A stretch of 63,986 nt of DNA, filler included, from Barthelona sp. PAP020 (Eukaryota), in the NCBI GenBank assembly GCA_040182905.1. It is 5 parts of 5 records of this genome, joined end to end, with 100 filler letters (N's around TTAATTAATTAA, not from the genome) between each part and the next. Parts side by side here need not be neighbours in the genome. Positions count along the whole stretch, not along the records: positions 41,254 to 54,891 come from JARQWU010000320.1; 4 more parts are not named here. The stretch is one strand, 5' to 3'. This document shows positions 41,518 to 52,553 of the stretch, piece after piece (within the stretch, counting starts at the first letter, position 1; each line of letters opens with the position of its first letter). Under the pieces are notes generated by a model. It did no database searches, was not told the origin of the DNA, and saw only the letters and a program-made list of their open reading frames with translations. The translations under genes were made by a program, and so were the position numbers.

Positions 41518-44187
41518 TTAGTCTTCAAAAATTGGAGTAATTCTCAAACACCAACCAATAGGCGAATTAGCGGAACTGATAGCCAAATTTCTCATTGTGT
41601 CCGTGTTATATTGAACAGAGAGTCTTTCATTATCATTGGTTGTGAATGTAAAAACTTCTCGAAATTGAATATTCCAAAACAATCTTAACATGTCAGTGTT
41701 ATAATGAAATAGCTTGCAATTCAGCAATTTTTTATGATAATTTATCAAAGAATTTCTGTTGAAATCATATGAACAAATCAAATTGTAATCTTTTTTGATG
41801 TTTAAAAAACTTTTTGCATCTTTGGCAAATAGAACAGTATTTATTAGTTCATTATGATGAATGACGAAATCTTCATTGCTTGCCAAATTATTTTTACACA
41901 CTTTTAAAGACAGTGAGACATATGAACATAAACTTTGTAAACCCATAAGGCAACTATCGGAAATAACATGACCATATGGTTCGTAAGGTGCCAAAAAAGC
42001 AAATTCTTCGGGAATAGGACAATTTCCAGTCAATATCTTTTTGCAAATCTTTGTAAATGTGCTAATATTGTCTGTTGTAGCTAAATAAATCATAATAAAG
42101 AAATATTGAGAAAATAAATATTCTTCACATCCAAAACGTTTAACAAAATCATCAATGTTAAATACCAATTCTTGAAATAATTCAATAGTTGAATTTTGAA
42201 GTGTACAAACCATTTTTTCTTTATTTCTTTCACTTAAATTCAACCAAATTGACTTACAAGCTTTGAATTCCTTTTGCAACGATGGAGACTTATAAAACAA
42301 CAACAAGTGTCTGATAATAGAATCAACAAATTGAATCATATTTGAGTTTTGCATCAATAAACTGCTAATTGGTATATTGGAAGGATTTAACCCAACCAAA
42401 TCAAGTTTTTGACATGCCACTTTCAAATCATGATTTCCTTCTTCCAAAGCTGTTTGCTCTCTGCTGTGACAAAGAGTGGAGGCAACAACTAATCCTCTTA
42501 TTTGAAAACAAACATTGAAAGGAGTTAATTCATAAATATTAATGAATGCAACCCTTGATTCAATTAACATTAAAATTGTGTGATTTGTGTCAATAATCCC
42601 AATTCTACCACACAAACAATGAATTAAAAGATCATCTTTTAAATTTTGCCCTAATCCATCATATTGAGGTTGAAATTCTCCTTCATCTTTTAAAAAAGTA
42701 TAATTTGCTTGAGGTTTTGGGGTTGCAGGTAGACTGAATAATTTTTCTCCTAAAATTGGACAAAAACCACTGTTAATAACGGGGCCCAACCAACTTACAA
42801 AATAAAAAGTATGAAACCATTGATAAAATGGAATATAATAAAGATATGAGCCAATCGAAATGCAATGATCAATTTTTCGATATACAAATTGTTGATTTAC
42901 ACACTTTTTAAAAATTGGAAAGAAAATACTAGTCAAAGTTAAACCATAAAGATAATTAAGTTCAAAAATTTCATAATCAAATGTGTAAAGGAGATGCCAA
43001 ACAAATAAGCTTTCACACATTCTAAAATTTTGGTGGTAATTTGCTAAAACAAATCTCAAAACACAAACACAATCAATTAACGTGTGGAAATTTTGATTTT
43101 TAAAGACAGAAATGAAAATAAACATGTTGAGACCTTGAGATAAGTATTTGAAGGATAATACCAAAAAATCATCAAAAAACGCTTTTTGATTTAATTTTGC
43201 TATGTCGTTTAATGCATAACCATCCATATAAGTGTATTTACTTGCTTCTTCATTTAATTTAGAAGTCAAGAATGTTCTAACAAAAGGAATAATATAATTA
43301 CCAATAATTCCACATATCAAAGTTAATGAAAAACAAACAAATTGTACTTCTTTGGAAGGAGTAAGAATAAATCCCAAAAAGATGAAAATGCATGTTAAAA
43401 TGATATTGAAAATAACATATAATCTTTTTTTATTTGAAGACCTCCAAAATGTTGAAAGAAAAAATGGATAAAAAATTAGAAGAATGAAAGAACCATAAAA
43501 AATTTCAGTTCGCAATGTTGAAACATAAAAAATCCCATTCAATAAAATAAAATACATTATATTTTTCAAATAGGAAACCTGAGGATTAATACCAAAAATA
43601 TAATAACAATATTTTTCCAAAAATAACTTAATAAACGGTAAAATTGGCGGTAATAATCCTATTCCTGCAAGTAATGGAATGCTTTCAATCAAGTATAAAA
43701 TAACACTGGAAGAATTAAAAAAATATATTATGGACAAAATAAAAAAATAAAAAATCCGATATAAATATAAAAATTTTTCAGATTGCATTGTAACGTTTGA
43801 TTCATTTTCACTATGAATGAATAAAGAAATAATACAGCTCATCAAAACAAAATATAACAAATAATTCTGAAAATTGCTTTGATTTATCAAAAAAATGGAA
43901 ATAAATAACATTAAAATCCCAATAATATCACCTAAAAATATAAATATATTAACAATTATCAAATTCTTATTTATTGAGGTTGATTTAAAAGAAATAAAAT
44001 GTAAAATCAATGTTATTAAACTTAAAACTCCTAAATATATGTATACATTGGCAAATTGTCTGAAAACATAACAAATAATGGAAAATGAAAGATATATTAA
44101 TAAGAAAGGATTCTTTAAACTAATTCCTCCAAAAATATTGGACACAAGCACGATTATTGGATGTTGTAGTGTTGTGACTGTTCCCAT
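41518..44187 (-). CDS. Pecanex-like membrane protein
   Basis: Many TM segments, then FQIRGL..STLCHSREQTALEEG and LRLFWNIQFRE...ERLSVQ...MRNLAISSANSPIGW (Pecanex_C motifs). Confidence 0.85.
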   Translation of the reverse strand: MGTVTTLQHPIIVLVSNIFGGISLKNPFLLIYLSFSIICYVFRQFANVYIYLGVLSLITLILHFISFKSTSINKNLIIVNIFIFLGDIIGILMLFISIFLINQSNFQNYLLYFVLMSCIISLFIHSENESNVTMQSEKFLYLYRIFYFFILSIIYFFNSSSVILYLIESIPLLAGIGLLPPILPFIKLFLEKYCYYIFGINPQVSYLKNIMYFILLNGIFYVSTLRTEIFYGSFILLIFYPFFLSTFWRSSNKKRLYVIFNIILTCIFIFLGFILTPSKEVQFVCFSLTLICGIIGNYIIPFVRTFLTSKLNEEASKYTYMDGYALNDIAKLNQKAFFDDFLVLSFKYLSQGLNMFIFISVFKNQNFHTLIDCVCVLRFVLANYHQNFRMCESLFVWHLLYTFDYEIFELNYLYGLTLTSIFFPIFKKCVNQQFVYRKIDHCISIGSYLYYIPFYQWFHTFYFVSWLGPVINSGFCPILGEKLFSLPATPKPQANYTFLKDEGEFQPQYDGLGQNLKDDLLIHCLCGRIGIIDTNHTILMLIESRVAFINIYELTPFNVCFQIRGLVVASTLCHSREQTALEEGNHDLKVACQKLDLVGLNPSNIPISSLLMQNSNMIQFVDSIIRHLLLFYKSPSLQKEFKACKSIWLNLSERNKEKMVCTLQNSTIELFQELVFNIDDFVKRFGCEEYLFSQYFFIMIYLATTDNISTFTKICKKILTGNCPIPEEFAFLAPYEPYGHVISDSCLMGLQSLCSYVSLSLKVCKNNLASNEDFVIHHNELINTVLFAKDAKSFLNIKKDYNLICSYDFNRNSLINYHKKLLNCKLFHYNTDMLRLFWNIQFREVFTFTTNDNERLSVQYNTDTMRNLAISSANSPIGWCLRITPIFED

Positions 44188-44473
44188 TAAATCATAATTG
44201 ATATTAAAAGACTAAAAATAATCAATAAATTTTCAAATTTATTTTTTTATATTCAATTTTGAATTATGATAAAAATGGTAAACATTAAAACACTAAAATA
44301 TGGATTGTTTAAAAAAAACAACCCAATAAAAAGAATTTAAATAATTTGTGATTTTTATATTTTTGTCAATCAAATGAAAAAAGATTCTTAAAGCTTTGAA
44401 TCCCAAAAGTAAAATGTGAATTTATATGCATTATTTGATGTCTCTCTCTCTTTTTTTTTTTTTGCTGAAAAAT

Positions 44474-47400
44474 TTAAATAATTTCAGGTTCATTCTCAAC
44501 AGTATTTCCAAAATTTTCTTTGCCATTATCTTTGGTTTCTTTTTCTATTGTTTTGTTTGCGATTGAAATGACATTTTCAATTTTCGAAACTTCTCTGATG
44601 AAAGTTTGTCTTTCTTTATTATTTTCAATTCTAAAGGCAATTTGATTCCAATCAACTTCAGCAAATTTCAACTTATTGTAAGACACCAACAAATCAACAA
44701 CTTGCCCAATTTTAACATTTCTCAAATTAATTTTTCCTTGACTATGAATGACAGATTGACATATTGACAAAACTTTGTCTTTATTATTTTTTAAATTTGT
44801 AATTTTATGATGCAATTTTATTAAACTAGCGTGTCTTTTCAATTTTTCAATGTAATCAACTGAAGAAAAATATACATCAAATGAAGATTGAGGAACATTT
44901 TCAGGAATAATTCTTGTGGGATCCAATTGGAATTTTGTAAAGAATCCTGCGGCTTCAACAGATAAGAATTGGGGTAAATAGTGAATATAGTTTGATGATT
45001 CAGTATTCTTTGCAATTGTTTCAAATAATTTGATCCAATTTTTCTTTTGCAAAGAATAAAACAAAGGTTTGTTCATCAAGCACGATAACAGAATAAAGTA
45101 AGCAATATTTTCGTGGGGTAATTTGTTATTCTTTGACTTAAAACTGTTCTTATTTTGTCCAAATCTAGGTAAAACGTATAAGGTTCTAACAGTGTCACTT
45201 AATTTTTCAACATTGTCCAGTAATTCGGGATCATATTTGTTTAAATAACGATTGAAAAAATCAATACCATTTTCCGAAAATTCACTTTCAATATACAAAG
45301 CCAAAATCGCCGTTAATAAAGCATGATGTTTGAAAAATTTTAAAGAATTTTGTCTTACATTAGATAATGCCTCATCATTCTGCTTAATATTGGAGTAAAA
45401 TAACTTAATTAAATCTGGATATGTGCAAATATCAAAATTCTTGAAATTGGGTTCACCAAACATCGGGTTTGATTGTCTACTAACCGCTTTATAATTTTCA
45501 TCCCAGACAGGAATTTTTTTAATATCAATATCAGAAGTTGTGTAATATTCATCATATAATTGAGGAATATTTACTATTTTAGATGAATTCTTATGTTTAT
45601 TCTCTTTCCTATCATCATTGACAAACTTTTTATCCCTAGAATTCTTATTTCGATTATTCTTATCAAATAACACATCTTTACTTTTTTCTTTGTTTTCTAT
45701 TTTCTCCTTTTTATTACCTATTTTGACAACAGACTTTCCTTTTGCAATTTCAGGATTTAACGAAACTTTTGGATTGATAGATTCTGTTTGTTTCTGTTTG
45801 TTTTGCTTCCAATTAGTCAACATCTTTAAAGAGGAAATTGAATTAGTTTTAGTTAAACTTGGTTTATTCATATTTTCAAATTTACTCAATTCTTCCTTGT
45901 ACTTTCTATATTCCTTTTCAGTCAAATAATTAAATTGTCTGCTTTCCACAACATCCATCAAAGCAAATCTGATAGATGACTTGAATTTAATATTTGAATG
46001 ATAGTCTAAAAAGGTAAAAATTGAATTTTCCCAACCTTTCATATTTTTGTGCTCTTCTTCAACTTTTTCTCTTTCGTTTTCTGTTTCACATCTGTATAGC
46101 TTTTTTTGGTATACTAATTCATCCTTAATAACTGGACCAATTAATTGTAAAAAGTTTCCCAAAACTTCCAAAGCTTCTGAATCAAATCCATCAGGATTCT
46201 TGACATTATTTCTAATGCATTCTTTTGCATAAGCTTCCTTTTCTTTTTTTTCTTTACCTTCCCATTTGGGATTAATTTTGTAAAATTCAGTAACACAATT
46301 CATGTAAACTTCTCTAATAACAATTGCCCCTTTTAGAAGTTGTTCTTTGAATAAATGTCCACAAAATCTAATATTACCAAACATATTTCTTCTTCTTTGA
46401 TTTTCAGCATAAGTTTCATCAGCAGTCCATTCTATTCTAGGTTTTGTAATTGGCTCTTGTCCATCTTCATAAAATTTATTGTAAAAAGCCTTTTTAACCT
46501 CATTTGTAACAAAATGGTTGAAAGTCCATTCTTTACCATTTTTATTAATAACAGAACAATTCTTATGAGTTAACTTTTTGACCAATTCAGCATAAAGCGC
46601 AACAAAACCTTTTTCTTTAACTGCCTTTTTGAATAATAGATCAACAACAGCATGAAACACATATGAATCCTTGTTACTTTCAACAACTTGCGTGATTTCT
46701 TTAAATAATTCATCCTTATTAGAATCTGTTAATTTGTTTAACAATGTACGAATTTCTTTAACATGCACATCTAAAGGATTGTTGTCATCTCTTTTAAAAG
46801 TAGTAAATTGGTTCTTTGCTTTTTTGGGTAATTTGCTTCGCTGTTTAAACTTTTGAGAAATATTGGCTCCATTAATCAAGTCATCAATAGAAGATAAATT
46901 AATTGGAGGATAATCGTTTTTAAATCCAAAAATAAATTCGACTTTATAGACAATGTTACCAAAATCATCATTAGTTTCATCCTCATCATCATTGTTGTTC
47001 TCATCTTCAGAGGTTTCTTCATCCAAATTGATTCCCATATCTTCTTCTTCTTCTTCTTCTTCTTTTTCCTCTTCCATTTCTTCTTTTGACTCTTCTTCAT
47101 CAATAACACTGATGTTAGCAGTAATTTCAACATCTTTTCCAACAATTTCCTTCATTTGTTCCTTTTTTCCCTTATAATCTTCCACATCATCTTTCTTTTC
47201 AGTGATTTCTGAAGGAAAGGTAACCAACAATTCTGTTTTTGAATCTTTATCATTGTTGTCAATATTTAAAACACAATCAGTTGTGTTTACAACAGAAATT
47301 TTATCATTTTCTTCATTAAATTTCTCCAATATATTGAAGTTTTTGGAAGACGGTGATGAAATTACTTTTGATTCAACAATAAAAGTATTCATTCGTAAAA

Positions 47401-47686
47401 ATTCAATATTTGATGGTGTGGATTGTTTTTGTTTCAATAAATCTTTGTCTAATGTGAAAGCAATTTCTTTTGAACGTTTAAGTTCAGAATTTGGCAATAT
47501 TGAACTTGACTTTGAGAAATTTTCATAATACATATCAGTAGACACATCCTCAATTATGCTTTTAATACTGGACATGGAAAATTTTACGTTATTTTTTTTC
47601 GTAATATCATTTTGCGATTTGTTTTCATTCTTGTTATCATTTTCAAATTCAAAATTAATTCCTTTCAAATCAAGATTGTCAAACAT
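44474..47686 (-). CDS. Translation initiation factor eIF4G-like (MIF4G domain)
   Basis: IRTLLNKLTDSN, LFKKAVKEKGFVALYAEL, RRRNMFGNIRFCGHLFK, IRFALMDVVESR; upstream YKVEFIF resembles the eIF4E-binding YxxxxL-phi motif. First ATG at 47686. Confidence 0.85.
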   Translation of the reverse strand: MFDNLDLKGINFEFENDNKNENKSQNDITKKNNVKFSMSSIKSIIEDVSTDMYYENFSKSSSILPNSELKRSKEIAFTLDKDLLKQKQSTPSNIEFLRMNTFIVESKVISSPSSKNFNILEKFNEENDKISVVNTTDCVLNIDNNDKDSKTELLVTFPSEITEKKDDVEDYKGKKEQMKEIVGKDVEITANISVIDEEESKEEMEEEKEEEEEEEDMGINLDEETSEDENNNDDEDETNDDFGNIVYKVEFIFGFKNDYPPINLSSIDDLINGANISQKFKQRSKLPKKAKNQFTTFKRDDNNPLDVHVKEIRTLLNKLTDSNKDELFKEITQVVESNKDSYVFHAVVDLLFKKAVKEKGFVALYAELVKKLTHKNCSVINKNGKEWTFNHFVTNEVKKAFYNKFYEDGQEPITKPRIEWTADETYAENQRRRNMFGNIRFCGHLFKEQLLKGAIVIREVYMNCVTEFYKINPKWEGKEKKEKEAYAKECIRNNVKNPDGFDSEALEVLGNFLQLIGPVIKDELVYQKKLYRCETENEREKVEEEHKNMKGWENSIFTFLDYHSNIKFKSSIRFALMDVVESRQFNYLTEKEYRKYKEELSKFENMNKPSLTKTNSISSLKMLTNWKQNKQKQTESINPKVSLNPEIAKGKSVVKIGNKKEKIENKEKSKDVLFDKNNRNKNSRDKKFVNDDRKENKHKNSSKIVNIPQLYDEYYTTSDIDIKKIPVWDENYKAVSRQSNPMFGEPNFKNFDICTYPDLIKLFYSNIKQNDEALSNVRQNSLKFFKHHALLTAILALYIESEFSENGIDFFNRYLNKYDPELLDNVEKLSDTVRTLYVLPRFGQNKNSFKSKNNKLPHENIAYFILLSCLMNKPLFYSLQKKNWIKLFETIAKNTESSNYIHYLPQFLSVEAAGFFTKFQLDPTRIIPENVPQSSFDVYFSSVDYIEKLKRHASLIKLHHKITNLKNNKDKVLSICQSVIHSQGKINLRNVKIGQVVDLLVSYNKLKFAEVDWNQIAFRIENNKERQTFIREVSKIENVISIANKTIEKETKDNGKENFGNTVENEPEII

Positions 47687-47888
47687 CAGAAAAAAAAAAA
47701 AAGGGTAAACAACAATTTCAATTTTATTTTTTTCCACCTTATTTGCATTGAAATCAGATTTTTCTTGTTTTTGAATATTTTTGAATTTGTGTAAAGAATT
47801 TATGGCTTACTTTCAGTAAAAATCATCTTAAAACCAAAAGGAGGTCAAAACACTTTATACTGCTTTATTATTATGATTGAAATGTAGT

Positions 47889-48156
47889 GATCAAAGAGTA
47901 GTCTGAATTGAGTTCTTTTCATTGTGAAAACAACAAAATGCGAAATATTGAACTGAATACTCAAGCCATCCAGTTTTCAATTAAAAGAACAATCATAAGT
48001 TCATGTTCTTAACCAAATTTCTGGTTCCAGAAGCCCCATATTTCATGAGCATCCCTCAGAGGATTTTCAAAGCGTCTCAGACCTTCACCAAGGGCAATAT
48101 GATTAATGATAGTAAACCCCTAAAATTCGCCTTCTAATCACAATGTTTCTTTGATC
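47889..48156 (-). ncRNA. Nuclear RNase P RNA (about 268 nt)
   Basis: Minus strand has CR-I CCCTTGGTGAAGGTCTGAGAC and CR-V AACTCAATTCAGACTACTCT (P4 pairing GTCTGA/TCAGAC), CR-II AGAAA, CR-III TGAAA, CR-IV AGTTCAAT, a perfect 9-bp P1 (GATCAAAGA/TCTTTGATC) and P2 (CATTGTG/CACAATG). Confidence 0.93.
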
Positions 48157-48257
48157 TTAAGAAAAAAAAAAGAAACAAAGACAAGAAAATTTTGGGAAAT
48201 TTTTTTCAATTAAATTTGAAAAAACAATCAAAAAAATATTTATTCATAATCACCACA

Positions 48258-48902
48258 CTAATCACTGCGAATATTAACGGTGTGCATTTCAATACCATCC
48301 TTATTAATTACATATATTTCAATTTTATCACCTGTATAAATATCTCTTTCAGCAATTGAGTGGAAAGAATCTATTGCTAATTGTGCAGCTTGTTCAACAG
48401 ATGGAAGCTTTTCTTCTGGTAAACCTTTCAATTGACTATCAAGAATGGACATCAATAAAGGACCACCCGAACCAGAACATTGATAAGGAACTGATTCACC
48501 ACTTCCAACAGCATCATATACATGCAATTCGGGTTTGTTTGTTTTGATGTTAAAACCACCTAAAACATTAAAAGTGTAATAAGGGAAAAATCTTGATCCA
48601 TATAGTTCATTTGATAATCTTTGAGCTAAAGCAGCAACAGTTATTTCTTGTTCTGTGTCTTCAACATAATTTTCAATGTGAAATGACAAAATTTTTTGGA
48701 GATCTACTCTATCTGTGTGTTGACCAGCCGTTCCCAATACAATATGGTCTGTTAATTTAGCACATTTGGTTACATTTCGTGACTTAATTTCATAATAATC
48801 AGATAAACGAGTATCAGCAGCAATTAAACAATAGTCTTTTCCAATTAATCCCAAAACTGTGCCTCCATTATCGACATAGGGACTGTATTCTTGATGACTC
48901 AT
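48258..48902 (-). CDS. PSMB1: 20S proteasome subunit beta-6 (PSMB1/Pre7)
   Basis: YSPYVDNGGTVLGL.GKDY.LIAADTRLS, LYGSRFFPYY, YDAVGS, AERDIYTGD. ATG at 48902. Confidence 0.95.
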   Translation of the reverse strand: MSHQEYSPYVDNGGTVLGLIGKDYCLIAADTRLSDYYEIKSRNVTKCAKLTDHIVLGTAGQHTDRVDLQKILSFHIENYVEDTEQEITVAALAQRLSNELYGSRFFPYYTFNVLGGFNIKTNKPELHVYDAVGSGESVPYQCSGSGGPLLMSILDSQLKGLPEEKLPSVEQAAQLAIDSFHSIAERDIYTGDKIEIYVINKDGIEMHTVNIRSD

Positions 48903-49098
48903 GTTCAATAAGAAAAAAAATGAAGAGATCGAATCTCTTTAACAGCTTTAGAATTGTTTTTTTTTTTTTGTCAAAGTGCTATTTCTTTTTGTTAATATTA
49001 TGAAACATATCAATAAAGTTGATGTTTATATAAATTTTTTAAAGAAAAAAATAGTTTTCCTTTATTTTTTAATTACATTTTGATTTAAGTAGCCAACC

Positions 49099-49731
49099 AT
49101 GTCATTTTGGATGTTGTTTAAATTCATCATTTTTGGTGAGTCAGCAGTTGGAAAGACATGTCTGTTATTGATGTTTACTGAGAAAGGTTTTAATGCCAAT
49201 CATGATTTAACTATTGGTGCTGAATTTGGGGCAAAAATGGTTACTGTCAATGATAGACAAATTAAATTGCAAATATGGGACTCAGCTGGTCAAAAATCAT
49301 TCAGATCTGTTACCAAATCCTATTATCGCAATTCTGCAGCTGGTTTACTTGTGTATGACGTTACTGACAGAAAATCTTTTGAAGTTCTTGGGGATTGGCT
49401 GAATGATGCGAGAACTACAAATCCAAATTTAGTTATTACATTGGTTGGAAATAAGACAGATATTCCTGAAGGTAAAGCCCGTGAAGTTACCGAAGAAGAG
49501 GGAGAACAATTTGCAAGAGAAAATGGATTAGAATTTATGGAAACTTCTGCAAAAAATGACCATAATGTTGAAGAAGTTTTTATGCTTACAGTTAGAAAAT
49601 TAGTTAAAGGTATTGATGATGGCAGTATTTGTGTCGTTAACAACGATGCAATCAAAAAAGGTTCTCAATTTACAAATAATGTTGTTAGTGTTGAAGATGA
49701 TCCAAATGTAGATACAGGATGCAATTGTTGA
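49099..49731 (+). CDS. RAB2: Rab2-like small GTPase
   Basis: GESAVGKT, HDLTIGAEFG, IKLQIWDSAGQ, SYYR, GNKTD, FMETSAK, C-terminal CNC prenylation motif. Confidence 0.88.
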   Translation: MSFWMLFKFIIFGESAVGKTCLLLMFTEKGFNANHDLTIGAEFGAKMVTVNDRQIKLQIWDSAGQKSFRSVTKSYYRNSAAGLLVYDVTDRKSFEVLGDWLNDARTTNPNLVITLVGNKTDIPEGKAREVTEEEGEQFARENGLEFMETSAKNDHNVEEVFMLTVRKLVKGIDDGSICVVNNDAIKKGSQFTNNVVSVEDDPNVDTGCNC

Positions 49732-49819
49732 TTTTAGATAATTACTGTTGTTAATTATAAAAAAAGTATTTTATTTTATTTGTTCTATTGAACCACACAC
49801 ATGAACACAAGTTTCTAAT

Positions 49820-51502
49820 TTACTGCCAATTGAAAACAAATTCTCCATTAATAAAATCAAAAGTCAATGTTTTTTCGTGATTGAATAACAAAGGATATGC
49901 ATTAGGAAGTCTTTGATTTCTTGCTATGTCCAAGAACACATATAGGCATTGTCTTTTTGTCATAATAATGTTGGTAAAATTAACGTCCTTCATTGTGAAT
50001 CCCAATTTAATTTCACTGACACTAAGATGTTCTTCAATTGCCTTAGACAAGACATTAATTTCATCACAAGCCAATTTTCCATCTTGAACACCAGGTTGAT
50101 CAAAAGCATTTATATTGTGCATATTTGCAAGAATAGTTACCAATCTTTCCTCCAAAGCAATCATCATACCAAGATTAAATTCATTTCTTTCAGCAAAAGT
50201 GGTGGAGAAAAATGGTACACCATTATTGTCCATAGCTTTTTGTGTACCAAGGAAGAAAGCCAACAATTGACGACCCATAGAACCCGCTGCATTGTTATGG
50301 AAATCAACTCCTCTTTCACCAAAATTGATAAATCTGATGAAACAATCCTTTATGCCTTTAACAAGTTGTTGAACAAATGAATGTTGAGAAGAAGTACCTA
50401 CACCACCAAAAACAGTCAAACCATAAGGTACTTGTTGACACTCACGTGTATATCCTTTACCCAATGATTCCATAAATAATTGCTGGAGATAGTTAGCAAA
50501 TTCTTTCAAGAAATCAGAATAACATAAGTACACCATATTTTTGTTTCCAACAATCCTTGTCATATTATCAATACCCAAAGCTAAAATCATTGCTGGATTT
50601 TCTTTTGCATTAGGTCTTCTTGTCATTGAATCCATGTGAGACTGTCCTCTGAGGAATTGTTCAAAATCCATTCCGGCAAAAGCGGCAGGAACCATACCAA
50701 TAGCAGTACCAACAGAAGTTCTGCCTCCAGTCTCTGTTTCCATGTGATATACAAATAAATATCCAGTTTCTTTAGCTAACCCATCCAAATATGATCCTTT
50801 AGTTGTAATAGCAATGTTATGCTTGCCCACTATAAGATTATTGGCGTTACAAATTTCAGCCCATGCTTCCATATTACCTTTGGTCTCTGCTGTACCACCA
50901 GACTTTGACATATTAACCATAATGGTTGTTTCAACAGCAATTCTTGATTGAACCACAGAAAAGGATTCAGGGTCAGTGTTAGAACAGAAATGAATACGAA
51001 TAGGAACACGTTTATCAGCAACAAATCCATCCAAATAAATTCCAATAATGTTCATTAAAGGACCCAAGAATGATCCACCAATACCATTGAAAATGACATC
51101 AGTGTACTTTTCACCATTTGGAGCAAGAATTCTGCCATCCAATATTTTATTAATATCAGCTTTTATTCCATTCCAATAAGAGATAGAATCTTCCAAAGAA
51201 CGACCTTTGAACTCTTCAACCAAATCATCAGGCAAATCAGCTTGAGTAAGACGATGATTATAATGATCAACTCTACGATTTTCAGCTTCTTTGGGATGTT
51301 TTGAAGTATTTGCCAAACCTCCTTTTTCAATGAATTTGATATTTTCAATACAACTTTCAATGGCTAATTGATATTTTTCTTCAATTTTGGAAAAATCATC
51401 AAGATATGGAAAACCAGAATAATCAAGACTAAAAAGATTAGAATTTCACAAATCACTTTTAACTTACATAAATTTGCTTTCAGTATCAAAAAATATGGAC
51501 AT
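49820..51502 (-). CDS. GPI: Glucose-6-phosphate isomerase (exons 51502-51468 and 51428-49820)
   Basis: GIGGSFLGP, SKSGGTAET, GGRTS, LQQLFMESLGK, QHSFVQQL, NAFDQPGV. The true N-terminus MSIFFDTESKFILDYSGF is recovered by splicing. Confidence 0.95.
51429..51467 (-). other. Spliceosomal intron, 39 nt, phase 2
   Basis: GTAAGT...TTCTAATCTTTTTAG; contains in-frame TAA/TGA; removal supplies the missing ATG exon. Confidence 0.9.
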
Positions 51503-51659
51503 TTTCAATTAATTAATAAAAAGAAAAATGGAATTTATCATTTGTTTGGCGAGATCAAATCCATTTTGACCTCAAAATACATCACATCTGAGATGAATTA
51601 TTGTAAAAATATCTTAATTATTAAGCAATGATATTATAATCCCATTGAAATCTATTTTT

Positions 51660-52493
51660 ATGTCTACTCTGGAAAATATTTTTGATTCATATAATGTAAC
51701 AAATTTAATCGATTTATTAACAAACACAGAATTTCAACTGAGTGATAATCCTTATGATTTATTGCAAGATTTCTTTTTTTCATTAAAACCCAAATTAACG
51801 GGAGTAAATGAATTGTGTAAAACATTTTCTTGTAATACCTCTGATGAAATAACTACTTTTGAGGAATTACTGTTAAGACCTGGAGTTTTATGGCATATTT
51901 ATGGGCAATCTGGGATTGGAAAAACTCAACTGGTCATTCATTTGGCTATTAGTTATGCTTTAAAAAACAAAAATATGAAGGTTTTCTTTATTTCAACGGA
52001 AGGAACACCACTGGTTGAAAGAATCGCTTCAATGGCAAAAAATAACAATCAATCAATGGAAAATTTTTCTTTTAAATATGCTTCAATGATTGATGAATTG
52101 ATAAATGTGTTATTTGATTATGTTGACAATTATTCTTCAAAAGAGCCAAGTCTATTAATTATTGATAGTATCGCATCATTATTTCGGACTATTTCAAATA
52201 ATAAAGACTCTTACGTTTCCAGATCAGACGTTTTTTTCAATCTTTTCAGCAAAATCAACGAATTTTTATTTAGAACAAATTCTATTGGATTGATAACGAA
52301 TCATATCGTTGATACTCCCGATGTTGGTCAAGTGGCCGCATTGGGTTTGGCTTTTTCGAATTGTTGTCACTGCAATTTATTTTTGCATTGGAACAATTTT
52401 GAAAGTCAGAGACAGATTGATGTAATATCACCTTTATATCCAAAATATCTTTTCTCGTTTGACATTGTTGATGAAGGCGTCAAAATATTGTAA
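51660..52493 (+). CDS. RAD51 paralog, XRCC3-like
   Basis: Walker A GQSGIGKTQL, FISTEG, Walker B LLIIDSIASLFR, ITNHI, ALGLAFSN. Confidence 0.8.
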   Translation: MSTLENIFDSYNVTNLIDLLTNTEFQLSDNPYDLLQDFFFSLKPKLTGVNELCKTFSCNTSDEITTFEELLLRPGVLWHIYGQSGIGKTQLVIHLAISYALKNKNMKVFFISTEGTPLVERIASMAKNNNQSMENFSFKYASMIDELINVLFDYVDNYSSKEPSLLIIDSIASLFRTISNNKDSYVSRSDVFFNLFSKINEFLFRTNSIGLITNHIVDTPDVGQVAALGLAFSNCCHCNLFLHWNNFESQRQIDVISPLYPKYLFSFDIVDEGVKIL

Positions 52494-52553
52494 ATCGAAA
52501 ACGGCATATAATTTTTTTTTGAATTTTTTTCTCATTTGAGTAGTATTTTAAAA

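Noticed and set aside
48923..48940. AAGAGATCGAATCTCTT hairpin containing a T-loop-like TCGAATC
   Set aside because: No tRNA cloverleaf around it; short AT-rich inverted repeat.
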